Positions 1 through 9,973 are shown, counted from the first letter of the stretch. The stretch: 32,000 nt of DNA from an uncultured Candidatus Saccharibacteria bacterium (GCA_964543385.1 CAZIYE010000001.1:270001-302000), one strand, 5' to 3'. Numbers and translations: made by a program. Notes: generated by a model from the letters alone, not told the origin.

Positions 1-28
1 ATAGCAAAAAATTATTATAAAACGAAAG

Positions 29-59
29 GGCGAAACACCTATTTTAAAGGTGTTTCGCC
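29..59 (-). terminator. intrinsic terminator-like hairpin after ORF 66..371
   Basis: 12-bp stem GGCGAAACACCT/AGGTGTTTCGCC with a 7-nt loop, 6 nt past the stop. A T-rich run follows on the minus strand. Confidence 0.65.
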
Positions 60-65
60 GGCCAT

Positions 66-371
66 TCACCAAGCATAGTGAGCTCGTGTCCCCCTTTTTT
101 TATCTTGTCCCTTGCAAATAGCAAAGAGCTGACGTGCAAACAGGATTTCGATAGTCGAAAAATCTGTAAGCTGTGCGACTAAATCCTCTTGGCAAGTCGC
201 ACCATGATTGATCAAATTGATCACCTGTTGGGCCTTTTCGCCCAATAGAACGATCTGACCAACCGCATGAGGTCTTCTGGATTCTGGTAGCCCCATGATG
301 GAAGCCACAAGATCAGCAGTTGCATTATCAAGCATCGATGCTTCCCCTTCTCTGCTATCTGGTTCGGACAT
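66..371 (-). CDS. hypothetical protein, 101 aa, GC-rich orphan
   Basis: ORF in the GC-rich island. G-rich SD (GGGGGG) lies 7 nt before the ATG at 371 and a hairpin terminator lies downstream. No family recognised. Confidence 0.5.
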   Translation of the reverse strand: MSEPDSREGEASMLDNATADLVASIMGLPESRRPHAVGQIVLLGEKAQQVINLINHGATCQEDLVAQLTDFSTIEILFARQLFAICKGQDKKRGTRAHYAW

Positions 372-439
372 AAAATGTCCCCCCTTTTGTTTGATATACT
401 GAGATCCGATAGCTACCTATCCGATCTCTCCAGACAAAC

Positions 440-459
440 AAAAAACTGGCCCAAGCCAG
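440..459 (-). terminator. CTGGC-CCAA-GCCAG hairpin followed by T6 (minus strand)
   Basis: 5-bp GC stem. The A6 run at 440-445 on plus is the U-tract on minus. One of three related hairpins (see 972-994 and 1035-1057). Confidence 0.45.
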
Positions 460-600
460 CTATTTATTCACTATTATTAATTTATAATTCGACTACACAA
501 AAAATGCCGGCTTTACCAGATAATCAGATTGCCACCACCAATTTTGTGAATGATTAATCATTTCTAATATATTAACATAAGCGATAATAATTTAAAAAGT

Positions 601-629
601 GGGTGGGGCCGCTTATTAGGCGGCCACCC
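601..629 (-). terminator. GC-rich hairpin terminator after ORF 645..908
   Basis: GGGTGGGGCCGC / GCGGCCACCC stem with one bulge and loop TTATTA. TTTTT follows on the minus strand. Confidence 0.6.
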
Positions 630-644
630 GGTCGAAAGAATGTC

Positions 645-908
645 TTAATTGCATAATGCAATCCTCTGACATTCAAGATGATGGATTGGATAGTCCTTCA
701 TCAGAAAATAATAACGAGTTATCGCCTTGAGGCGCTCATTCAAGATGATGCCACACCGAGCAAATGCGTCAAAAGCATCACTTTCGCTTGATGCAGCAAG
801 AACAACTGGGGGTAAGAATTCTTTGGCTAATGCCATTAACTCTTTGCCGCTAATAACCGACCTATCCTTGGAAGAACGATCAGGACGGCAGAAATAGCTA
901 CTCATCAC
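645..908 (-). CDS. hypothetical protein, ~86-87 aa, GC-rich orphan
   Basis: CAAAGGAG SD lies 7 nt before the ATG at 903-905; the ORF track starts at GTG 906-908. Terminator hairpin 601-629 follows. No family recognised. Confidence 0.55.
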   Translation of the reverse strand: MMSSYFCRPDRSSKDRSVISGKELMALAKEFLPPVVLAASSESDAFDAFARCGIILNERLKAITRYYFLMKDYPIHHLECQRIALCN

Positions 909-971
909 ACAGCTCCTTTGGGGTTTTTGGTATTATACAGCGACTTGCATAAGCAAATCGCCATAAATAAC

Positions 972-994
972 AAAAAATCTGGCCTTTTGGCCAG
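972..994 (-). terminator. CTGGCC-TTTT-GGCCAG hairpin + T-run (minus)
   Basis: Perfect 6-bp GC stem. The A6 run at 972-977 on plus gives the U-tract on minus. Confidence 0.5.
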
Positions 995-1034
995 CTTTGT
1001 TAAATTTTTTTTATAACTTTATGAACTTTTAATT

Positions 1035-1057
1035 AAAAATTGCTGGCCTTTGGTCAG
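1035..1057 (-). terminator. CTGGCC-TTT-GGTCAG hairpin + T-run (minus)
   Basis: Third copy of the hairpin motif, with one G.U pair. The A5 run at 1035-1039 lies on plus. Confidence 0.4.
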
Positions 1058-1113
1058 ATGTAAAGTAAAAGTAAAACCAGTTTTTAGTAGTAATAATATT
1101 CATCGATATAATC

Positions 1114-1142
1114 AATCTAGCAAATCATCATTTTGATGTCAA
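1114..1142 (-). promoter_or_regulatory. candidate promoter TTGACA-17-TAGATT
   Basis: Minus-strand TTGACA (1142..1137), 17-nt spacer, TAGATT (1119..1114). It would drive a ~70-nt transcript ending at hairpin 1035-1057. Confidence 0.3.
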
Positions 1143-1159
1143 TTAAACAGCTTGGGTGA

Positions 1160-1197
1160 CGGGAGAGTGCTGTATACATGTTGCCAGCACTCTCCCC
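1160..1197 (-). terminator. 13-bp GC-rich stem-loop 4 nt after the stop of ORF 1202..1360
   Basis: CGGGAGAGTGCTG / CAGCACTCTCCCG with a 12-nt loop. There is no clear U-tract, so it may be a stabiliser or Rho-related rather than a classical terminator. Confidence 0.4.
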
Positions 1198-1201
1198 GAC
1201 C

Positions 1202-1360
1202 TTACATTTGAATTGTCGCCGGATCCTTTAGGCACTTGCCCTTAGGATGATGGCGACGGCACTTGGGACACCACACGGGGATGTCCACGCCATCAGATGG
1301 CGTTGAGGGGGGAATCCATGGTTGCCGCTTTCGCGGCATCTCAGAGGGGGTTGTCGGCAT
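1202..1360 (-). CDS. hypothetical Pro-rich, Cys-containing small protein, 52 aa (CPKCRRHHPKGKC)
   Basis: The ATG at 1358-1360 is preceded by GGAG at 7 nt, and that SD straddles the TGA stop of the upstream ORF (ttGGAGTGAaatcATG). The ORF ends right at hairpin 1160-1197. Confidence 0.4.
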   Translation of the reverse strand: MPTTPSEMPRKRQPWIPPSTPSDGVDIPVWCPKCRRHHPKGKCLKDPATIQM

Positions 1361-1364
1361 GATT

Positions 1365-1796
1365 TCACTCCAACTGATAAGAGGTGTAGCCCACCTCGGC
1401 GATACGGCGGGGAACGACGTCCCACGAGTTGGGACAGACAGTGCACTGGTAATGACCATTGCTGGTCATGATACCATTGTTCGCGCGACACTCAGTGCAG
1501 TACCTGTCGGTCAATCGGAACTTCTCACCATTTCCGATAGCATAGGCCGGGAAACGATGCCCGAAGATGTTGGGGAATACCGTTCCTCCGAAGAGACGGA
1601 CGTTGATGTGACCGTCACTGGTTTCTACGAAGGCGTCAGGGATGACCAGCATCCTGAGATGGCGATTGTGCATCCATGCATTAGTCATTACCAATTCCGG
1701 TATGTTAGGAAGACAGTCATTGAAACGCTCCCCAGAGCGAACGATGATCGAGCCGATCGGTTTGATACGGCTCTTAGGGCGGTGACGATTCGGCAT
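1365..1796 (-). CDS. hypothetical protein with C-terminal zinc-ribbon-like CxxC-x14-CxxC, 143 aa
   Basis: CAAAGGAG SD lies 7 nt before the ATG. Motif is CTEC...(14)...CTVC. GC-rich (line 1261-1320 counts 36/60 G+C). The overlapping plus-strand ORF 1263..1862 lacks SD and context. Confidence 0.55.
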   Translation of the reverse strand: MPNRHRPKSRIKPIGSIIVRSGERFNDCLPNIPELVMTNAWMHNRHLRMLVIPDAFVETSDGHINVRLFGGTVFPNIFGHRFPAYAIGNGEKFRLTDRYCTECRANNGIMTSNGHYQCTVCPNSWDVVPRRIAEVGYTSYQLE

Positions 1797-1893
1797 AACA
1801 GGACTCCTTTGTCAGGGGATTTGACGAACAAATTCGTCTATATGAGGTATATAGCAAAATAAGCAATAAATCAAGTTATGAGATAATTATTGC

Positions 1894-2324
1894 TTATGAC
1901 AATTCTTTATCGAGTTCACTAAATTTATTACCTGCCAAAAATTGGTTTGAGATTATCTGTGTTACTTCCTTGCCAAATCATTTAGGAATCTCAAAATTTC
2001 TCTTAGTATCCTCATTGTCAAAGACAACCTCAGCCAAGACAAGACCTTCTAATTTGCCATGAAATATATCGACACGAATCTCCGTAACTAGAGATGAGAT
2101 ATAATACCGAGTCTTCTCAAGTCTCTTTTTTGTCAAAGGCCAGATAAGATCGAATTCTTCTTTTGATATATTGATATTTTCATATTCACGAATCCCTTTA
2201 TCAAAAGGAATTGGCATTGATTTCTTTGTAATTGAATATAGATTACCTTTTTGCAAATTCTTGTGGCTTCGCCACCAACACCAAAATAGCCCTATTCTAT
2301 TTCTTCATGAGCACATTGATCCAT
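1894..2324 (-). pseudogene. decayed CYTH-domain (triphosphate tunnel metalloenzyme-like) gene
   Basis: The core RYYI...DIFHGKLEGLVLAEVVF matches CYTH from memory. Lesions: an in-frame TGA (1978-1980) between IPK and FGKEVT where family members have Trp; an N-terminal EIE followed by TAG; and a frameshift before QKGNLYSITKK. Confidence 0.55.
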
Positions 2325-2420
2325 GTTTTTTGGAGATTTTTTACTAAATAGGTTGCTTCAATTCTAATCGTCTTCACTCCTTGTTCATATTCCGGTCATT
2401 AAATAAATTTGAAAATAAAA

Positions 2421-3287
2421 TTAACGCTGACAAACAGGACAGTAATGAGTACCTCGACCACCGACTGTTATCCTTTTTATGACATCATTGCATCCCCTTG
2501 GACAAAGCTCGCCAGTTCTATGGTAAACATTCAGATAATTTTGCATTCCGCCCTTTTTTCCATCTGCGTCGACATAATCACTATCAGTCGTGCCGCCATA
2601 TTTAATCGCTTTTTCCAGAATCATTATAGTTGATTTTATAATCTTTTCCCATTCATCCCGAACGATATCTTTGACTTTTCGCAGAGGAGAGATCATAGAA
2701 TCGAAGAGAATTTCATCAGCATAAATATTGCCTATTCCAGCAACAATAGCCTGATCCATCAAAAATTGTTTGATATTTTTGTTCGGCATCCTACCAGCTT
2801 TTCGAAAGAGATATTCTGCTGTAAATCCTTCAGAAAAAGGTTCTGGTCCATAACTTTCCGTAAAGATTCTATCTATTTCTTCTTTTGGCAAAAGCTTACA
2901 CCAACCAAACTTTCGCATATCATTAAAAAATAATTTTGACCCATCATTAAAATAAAATATCATTGCCGTCGTCGAATTTGGGAGTTTTGCATGCCAATTA
3001 TGATCGGGGTGGCCACCCGCGAACCGATCATCTGCAGCTTTCAACTCTTGCCTGTATATCAGCTGTCCTGTCATTTTGAGATGAAAAAGCAAATATTTAT
3101 TGTTTGATAATCCAAAAGCAATTATTTTTGCCCGACGTTCTATGCTGAAGATTTCACAACCAACCGCTTCTATCGCGCTGCCAAAAAAAGACTTGGGGAA
3201 TAAAATATCAATATCGACTATCTTCTTGCCGACAATTCTTTGGCTTAGTCCCCTTCTGATTGTCTCTACCTCTGGTAATTCTGGCAT
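2421..3287 (-). CDS. mutM: formamidopyrimidine-DNA glycosylase (Fpg/MutM)
   Basis: N-terminal MPELPEVET catalytic motif, H2TH region and C-terminal zinc finger CPRC...CPVCQ. Confidence 0.95.
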   Translation of the reverse strand: MPELPEVETIRRGLSQRIVGKKIVDIDILFPKSFFGSAIEAVGCEIFSIERRAKIIAFGLSNNKYLLFHLKMTGQLIYRQELKAADDRFAGGHPDHNWHAKLPNSTTAMIFYFNDGSKLFFNDMRKFGWCKLLPKEEIDRIFTESYGPEPFSEGFTAEYLFRKAGRMPNKNIKQFLMDQAIVAGIGNIYADEILFDSMISPLRKVKDIVRDEWEKIIKSTIMILEKAIKYGGTTDSDYVDADGKKGGMQNYLNVYHRTGELCPRGCNDVIKRITVGGRGTHYCPVCQR

Positions 3288-3300
3288 ATTAAAAAATATT

Positions 3301-3948
3301 TTAAAGATAAGTTATCGCCTGGCTCAAACTCTTGATTTTCAAATTATCATCATCTTTTGATGCCCCCGCGATAACTGATGTCCTCATAGGATCATCCTTG
3401 TCAGCATCTTTTCGCTGTATTTCAATTGAGATACAATTTGGAAATGATTTTTTAACGTTTCGAATCGTATCTGCTCGATCGTCAATAATAGCAAATCTAT
3501 CTCCGTCTGTCACCAGTTTATCAAGATATTTCCATTTTTGGATATCAGTAATGTAAATGTTGTCAAAATATAAATCAACACCGGCATTAACTATTTTTTT
3601 CCTCTGGAAGCCAATATCACCAAGGGAAAGCAGATCTAATATGTAAAGATCACGGTCGAGAGATTTTAAAAAGTCAAAAGTATCGGTATAAATAAATTTT
3701 GATACTTGAGAATAAGATTCCTCAATCGCCGTTGATATACTTTTCTGGTCAAAAACCCTCACCTCTCTAAGTCTTTTAGCAAGACCCTCAGGTGAAAACT
3801 TATAGTCTAAGCACTCCTCCCTATATTTTTCCAGAATTTCTTCTGCCGAGAATCCAGCGCCTTCAAAGATCTTGAACAAAATCTCTCGATACAGACTTGT
3901 ATCAAAAATCGTCCCATCAAAATCCAAGAAAATTCTTGTTTTAGCCAT
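3301..3948 (-). CDS. HAD-superfamily hydrolase
   Basis: DxDxT motif in FLDFDGTIFDT, and a later IIDDR motif. The ORF is open to 3990, but the Met at 3948 gives the usual N-terminal spacing. Confidence 0.8.
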   Translation of the reverse strand: MAKTRIFLDFDGTIFDTSLYREILFKIFEGAGFSAEEILEKYREECLDYKFSPEGLAKRLREVRVFDQKSISTAIEESYSQVSKFIYTDTFDFLKSLDRDLYILDLLSLGDIGFQRKKIVNAGVDLYFDNIYITDIQKWKYLDKLVTDGDRFAIIDDRADTIRNVKKSFPNCISIEIQRKDADKDDPMRTSVIAGASKDDDNLKIKSLSQAITYL

Positions 3949-4013
3949 TTTTTGATCAATCATTAATAATTTTCTATATAATAATAGCAACTTCCGTATG
4001 GCTTATAAAGCGG

Positions 4014-4042
4014 TTGACAAAATTATCACACTTATATAGTAT
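4014..4042 (+). promoter_or_regulatory. candidate promoter TTGACA-17-TAGTAT upstream of padR
   Basis: TTGACA at 4014-4019, 17-nt spacer, TAGTAT at 4037-4042. The same -10 hexamer recurs at the 16S and tRNA-Ile promoters. Confidence 0.45.
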
Positions 4043-4166
4043 AAAGATACTAAGACGAGCGAGGGAATGCTCATTTTTTAATTTATATATTTTGAAATTT
4101 ATTCATTTATTGATAAATTGCCAAATAATAAAATGGATGAATGGATAAATAACACGGAGTGTCGCT

Positions 4167-4511
4167 ATGGATTTGACAAGAGAAGGATACTGGCGAAAAT
4201 TGATAAATCAGGGTTTGATCAAATTCTTTTTGCTCAAAGTTTTATATAAAGATAAAGAGAGCTACGGTTATAGAATTGTCAAAAGAATAGAAGAATTATC
4301 AGACGGAACATGCCGACCGACCGAATCAACAATTTATCCTGCTCTAGAACAGCTAAGAAAAGACGGCTATGCGATTACCAGAGAGGTCTCTGCTGGCGCT
4401 AGAAAAAGAATAATTTATTCACTTACAGAATCTGGCAGAGCTGCATACAGAGCTGCTGCGAAATCCTATGGTGAAATAATACCATTACTGAGAGAATCTA
4501 TACTTCTCTAA
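4167..4511 (+). CDS. PadR-family transcriptional regulator
   Basis: Winged-helix signature YGYRIVKRIEE...STIYPALEQLRKDGYI...Y.LTE.G. Confidence 0.9.
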   Translation: MDLTREGYWRKLINQGLIKFFLLKVLYKDKESYGYRIVKRIEELSDGTCRPTESTIYPALEQLRKDGYAITREVSAGARKRIIYSLTESGRAAYRAAAKSYGEIIPLLRESILL

Positions 4512-4586
4512 GCTATATCCATTTAAAAAACTTGACATATTTGCTATACTTAAGTAGGTTAGATAATTAAAAAAATCAGGAGAAAT

Positions 4587-4634
4587 ATGACAATTGATCC
4601 ATGTGGTGGCTGCTGCGGCGGCTGCGGTAAATAA
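4587..4634 (+). CDS. 15-aa Cys/Gly-rich micro-ORF MTIDPCGGCCGGCGK
   Basis: AGGAGA SD lies 5 nt upstream of the ATG. A TAA stop is followed within 3 nt by a perfect terminator. The stretch is locally GC-rich in an AT-rich spacer. Confidence 0.45.
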   Translation: MTIDPCGGCCGGCGK

Positions 4635-4636
4635 AT

Positions 4637-4668
4637 AAAAAAACCTCTGAGAAATCAGAGGTTTTTTT
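4637..4668. terminator. bidirectional intrinsic terminator
   Basis: A7 - CCTCTGA gaaa TCAGAGG - T7. It serves the padR/micro-ORF unit (+) and the convergent HD gene (-). Confidence 0.85.
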
Positions 4669-5236
4669 ATTCCAAACAATTTACTATAGATTCGTATTTA
4701 TTTTTCATCATTTTTTTTGCTTGCAAACTCATTTTTGACCAACTTCTTTGGACTTTCTTCAAAACCCAATCTGAACCTTCCTCTATGCTAAGTCCCTTTT
4801 CAACATATGCAAGATAAAGCAGTGATTTAAAGTTTTCGATATGTGCCATTGCATCAGCATCAGCTACAACTTGTTCTTCCAAAATTGTTTTTTCAACATT
4901 TACACTGCCTCGATGAGACAATATGCACTTTTTTACTAATTCAATTTTTTCTCTAGGATAATTATACTGACTCAACAGTTCATCGGCCATTCTAGCACCT
5001 TCTATGTGGTGGGTATCGGCGAATTTTCCGTTTGAAATTGCAGCATAATCATGCAAAAGACAAGCAATCTCTATCAACTCAACGTCCAATGAAAGCTCTT
5101 TTGCTAGTTTTTTACCAAAAAAGACTACCGTCTTAACATGATAATCCCAATCTGCTGGTCCGTAGATATTATTTGGCGATTGACAAGCTTCCCATACAAT
5201 CTTTTCAATCGATTTTGAAAGATTTTTGTTCTTCAT
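4667..5236 (-). CDS. HD-domain phosphohydrolase
   Basis: LLHDYA (the HD dyad), followed by HH..GA and SHRG motifs typical of the HD superfamily. Confidence 0.8.
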   Translation of the reverse strand: MKNKNLSKSIEKIVWEACQSPNNIYGPADWDYHVKTVVFFGKKLAKELSLDVELIEIACLLHDYAAISNGKFADTHHIEGARMADELLSQYNYPREKIELVKKCILSHRGSVNVEKTILEEQVVADADAMAHIENFKSLLYLAYVEKGLSIEEGSDWVLKKVQRSWSKMSLQAKKMMKNKYESIVNCLE

Positions 5237-5279
5237 AGGGGAATTTTACCATACAAAAAAGCCAATTTATACTCTAAGT

Positions 5280-5395
<116 letters not shown>

Positions 5396-5595
5396 ACTTA
5401 ACTTACAAATTGGCTTTGTTTTGAAAGAATGCCTTTCAAATGGAGTAAGATTAAAGAGAATCTTACCCCCATTTGAAAATCAACATGAGCTCGATCCAGC
5501 ATGCCAGCATCGCCCCTCATCCTTTCGCAAAGAAAGGATGAGCGAGTCGTGCCAACACAAAGGTATCTTAAACGCTCGACAATTACTGGAATAAT

Positions 5596-5614
5596 CCAGA
5601 AATTACTAGTCAAG

Positions 5615-5629
<15 letters not shown>
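5596..5629 (-). promoter_or_regulatory. 23S trailer half of the processing stem
   Basis: 5596-5614 is the exact reverse complement (19/19) of 8525-8543. 5614-5629 pairs with 8434-8450 in a helix-1-like stem. Confidence 0.75.
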
Positions 5630-8433
<2,804 letters not shown>

Positions 8434-8445
<12 letters not shown>

Positions 8446-8543
8446 TTTTCTTTAGAGGTCGAATAATTGGAGACAAGATTTCTTATTGCTAAGAAGTTCT
8501 GTCCCCACTACCCGACATAAATATCTTGACTAGTAATTTCTGG
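8434..8543 (-). promoter_or_regulatory. 23S leader half of the processing stem (two pairing blocks separated by 74 nt)
   Basis: 8525-8543 pairs 19/19 with 5596-5614, and 8434-8450 pairs with 5614-5629. Confidence 0.7.
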
Positions 8544-8896
8544 ATTCGTATAAATACGAATGAAATTACTATTTGAGAAATTTTTATTATCGGAAGATAA
8601 CTCTTAAATGAAATTACATTATTATAATTACTCGTTATAATTATCTTTTGTGTGCTTGCATAGAGATCAATAAATGATCTTGCAGGTATATACAAACACT
8701 ATGAAATTGTTAAGGTTCAGGGCAAAAAATGCAATTTATGAAACTTTTGCCTCATAGTTACATTTTTGTCAAATATAATGGATATTTTGACCAAAAAATC
8801 AATAAGCAGATATTTGTCCCGCGTATGCTGGGATAGTTTACCCGCAACCCCCCTGTGTAGTGTGAAATAAGTTCTAACTTTTACTTACTAAAAGAG

Positions 8897-8926
8897 AATG
8901 TATCATATTTAAATTACTATTGTCAA
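8897..8926 (-). promoter_or_regulatory. candidate 23S-5S promoter TTGACA-18-TACATT
   Basis: This is the only minus-strand TTGACA with a usable -10 between the 23S leader and the divergent plus-strand gene. The -10 is weak. Confidence 0.3.
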
Positions 8927-8953
8927 CACTTTTTACATGACCACTTTCTAAGA

Positions 8954-8982
8954 TTGACAATTTAGCGTTTTTTACTTAAAAT
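8954..8982 (+). promoter_or_regulatory. promoter TTGACA-17-TAAAAT for gene 9015..9479
   Basis: Consensus -35, 17-nt spacer, good -10. GGAGG SD at 8998-9002. Confidence 0.6.
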
Positions 8983-9014
8983 ATCCCCAGTTCGAGTGGA
9001 GGTTTATCCAGAAA

Positions 9015-9479
9015 ATGCGCAACGAGATCGTCATCGACATCGATGGAACACTCACCCTACCACGAATCGGAGATTTTGAGAGATTCCTTACTCCATTTCA
9101 GTCACCTCTTGTGGCAGCCGGTCTTGCTCCGGAAATTGGGTTGTATTTTTACAACTTGAAGCCAAACATGAAGATGATCGAATGGATAAAAAATATTCCA
9201 GCAGACTATAGCATAACTATGTTGACCGGACGCTACAATGCGTTTGATTACATAACGCGCAGATGGCTGTTGAAATATGGTATTCTCTTCAATTCTCTGG
9301 TCTTTACGCCTTTTGGCGAAAAAGATATCCAGTTCAAGATCGAATATGCGCGCGCCCACGAAAGTCGGATAGCGCTCATGATCGATAATATGAGACACAT
9401 CAGAGACGGTGTTGCCGAGATAATCGGCGATCGTTCCGTCCTCTGGACTGATCTCACCCTTTCCCCCGCTGCTCTGTAA
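9015..9479 (+). CDS. HAD-like hydrolase/phosphatase, 154 aa
   Basis: DxDGT motif in IDIDGTLT, then MLTGR and MIDN motifs. One of only two plus-strand units. GC-richer than neighbours (9361-9420 counts 28/60). Confidence 0.7.
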   Translation: MRNEIVIDIDGTLTLPRIGDFERFLTPFQSPLVAAGLAPEIGLYFYNLKPNMKMIEWIKNIPADYSITMLTGRYNAFDYITRRWLLKYGILFNSLVFTPFGEKDIQFKIEYARAHESRIALMIDNMRHIRDGVAEIIGDRSVLWTDLTLSPAAL

Positions 9480-9498
9480 AGACCAGCGGGATTTCTTT
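9465..9498 (+). terminator. hairpin CCCGCTG/CAGCGGG + T-rich tail overlapping the stop codon
   Basis: 7-bp GC stem (9465-9471 / 9484-9490) followed by ATTTCTTT. Confidence 0.5.
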
Positions 9499-9524
9499 AT
9501 CCAAGAGAAATCTATTCGATAAGA

Positions 9525-9968
9525 TTATCGAACTAAAAAATAAACAAATATTAAAGTAACTAATTGAGTAGCGATGCCCCATATGAGGTTAGGCTTGACT
9601 GTTGAATGTATTTTTTCATGAAACATAAAAAGCTTACTTCCGAGATAGCTTTTTCGAAACTTTTTGCTCCAAAAAGGCACATTATCGAAGATATCTGGCA
9701 GCAATCCGCCAAAAGCACCCCACAGAAAAGTACTGGATAAGGATATTTCTGGTTTCAAAAGTAATATTAACAAAATAGTAAGAATTAAATCAGAACCAGT
9801 GAATACCCACTGCTTCCATGTCCATTTTCCATCCTCTAACACATTATCGAAGTGAGGGATTGCATCGAGGATATAATGAAGAATAATTCCGGAAGCAAAT
9901 GCTAGATAGGGATCACCTATGCTTTCGCCGATCAGGCCACCAGATATTATATGAGCAGTAGTAATCAT
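9525..9968 (-). CDS. small polytopic membrane protein (possibly YdjM/DUF457-like metal-dependent hydrolase)
   Basis: Several hydrophobic segments. The HYILDAIPH motif recalls DUF457 from memory only. Confidence 0.55.
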   Translation of the reverse strand: MITTAHIISGGLIGESIGDPYLAFASGIILHYILDAIPHFDNVLEDGKWTWKQWVFTGSDLILTILLILLLKPEISLSSTFLWGAFGGLLPDIFDNVPFWSKKFRKSYLGSKLFMFHEKIHSTVKPNLIWGIATQLVTLIFVYFLVR

Positions 9969-9973
9969 ATAGT

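Noticed and set aside
1263-1862. A 199-aa plus-strand ORF, plus minus-strand frames 1228..1491 and the full 1202..1459.
   Set aside because: High GC keeps several frames open. Only the minus-strand 143-aa and 52-aa ORFs have GGAG-7nt-ATG signals, coupling and a downstream hairpin.
1978-1980. An alternative genetic code (UGA=Trp or Gly), suggested by the TGA at the conserved Trp position of the CYTH gene.
   Set aside because: clpP and the pilin gene ending at 15775 terminate naturally on TGA (ATGA overlaps). All long ORFs are intact under code 11, and the CYTH gene has other lesions.
4485-4679. A 64-aa minus-strand ORF containing AAAAAATTW.
   Set aside because: It is the antisense reading of the Cys/Gly micro-ORF and runs through the bidirectional terminator.
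8525-8554. A plus-strand promoter-like TTGACT-17-TATAAA and a local inverted repeat (8532-8579).
   Set aside because: The TTGACT block is part of the 19/19 complement to the 23S trailer (the processing stem). Nothing lies downstream on the plus strand for ~450 nt.
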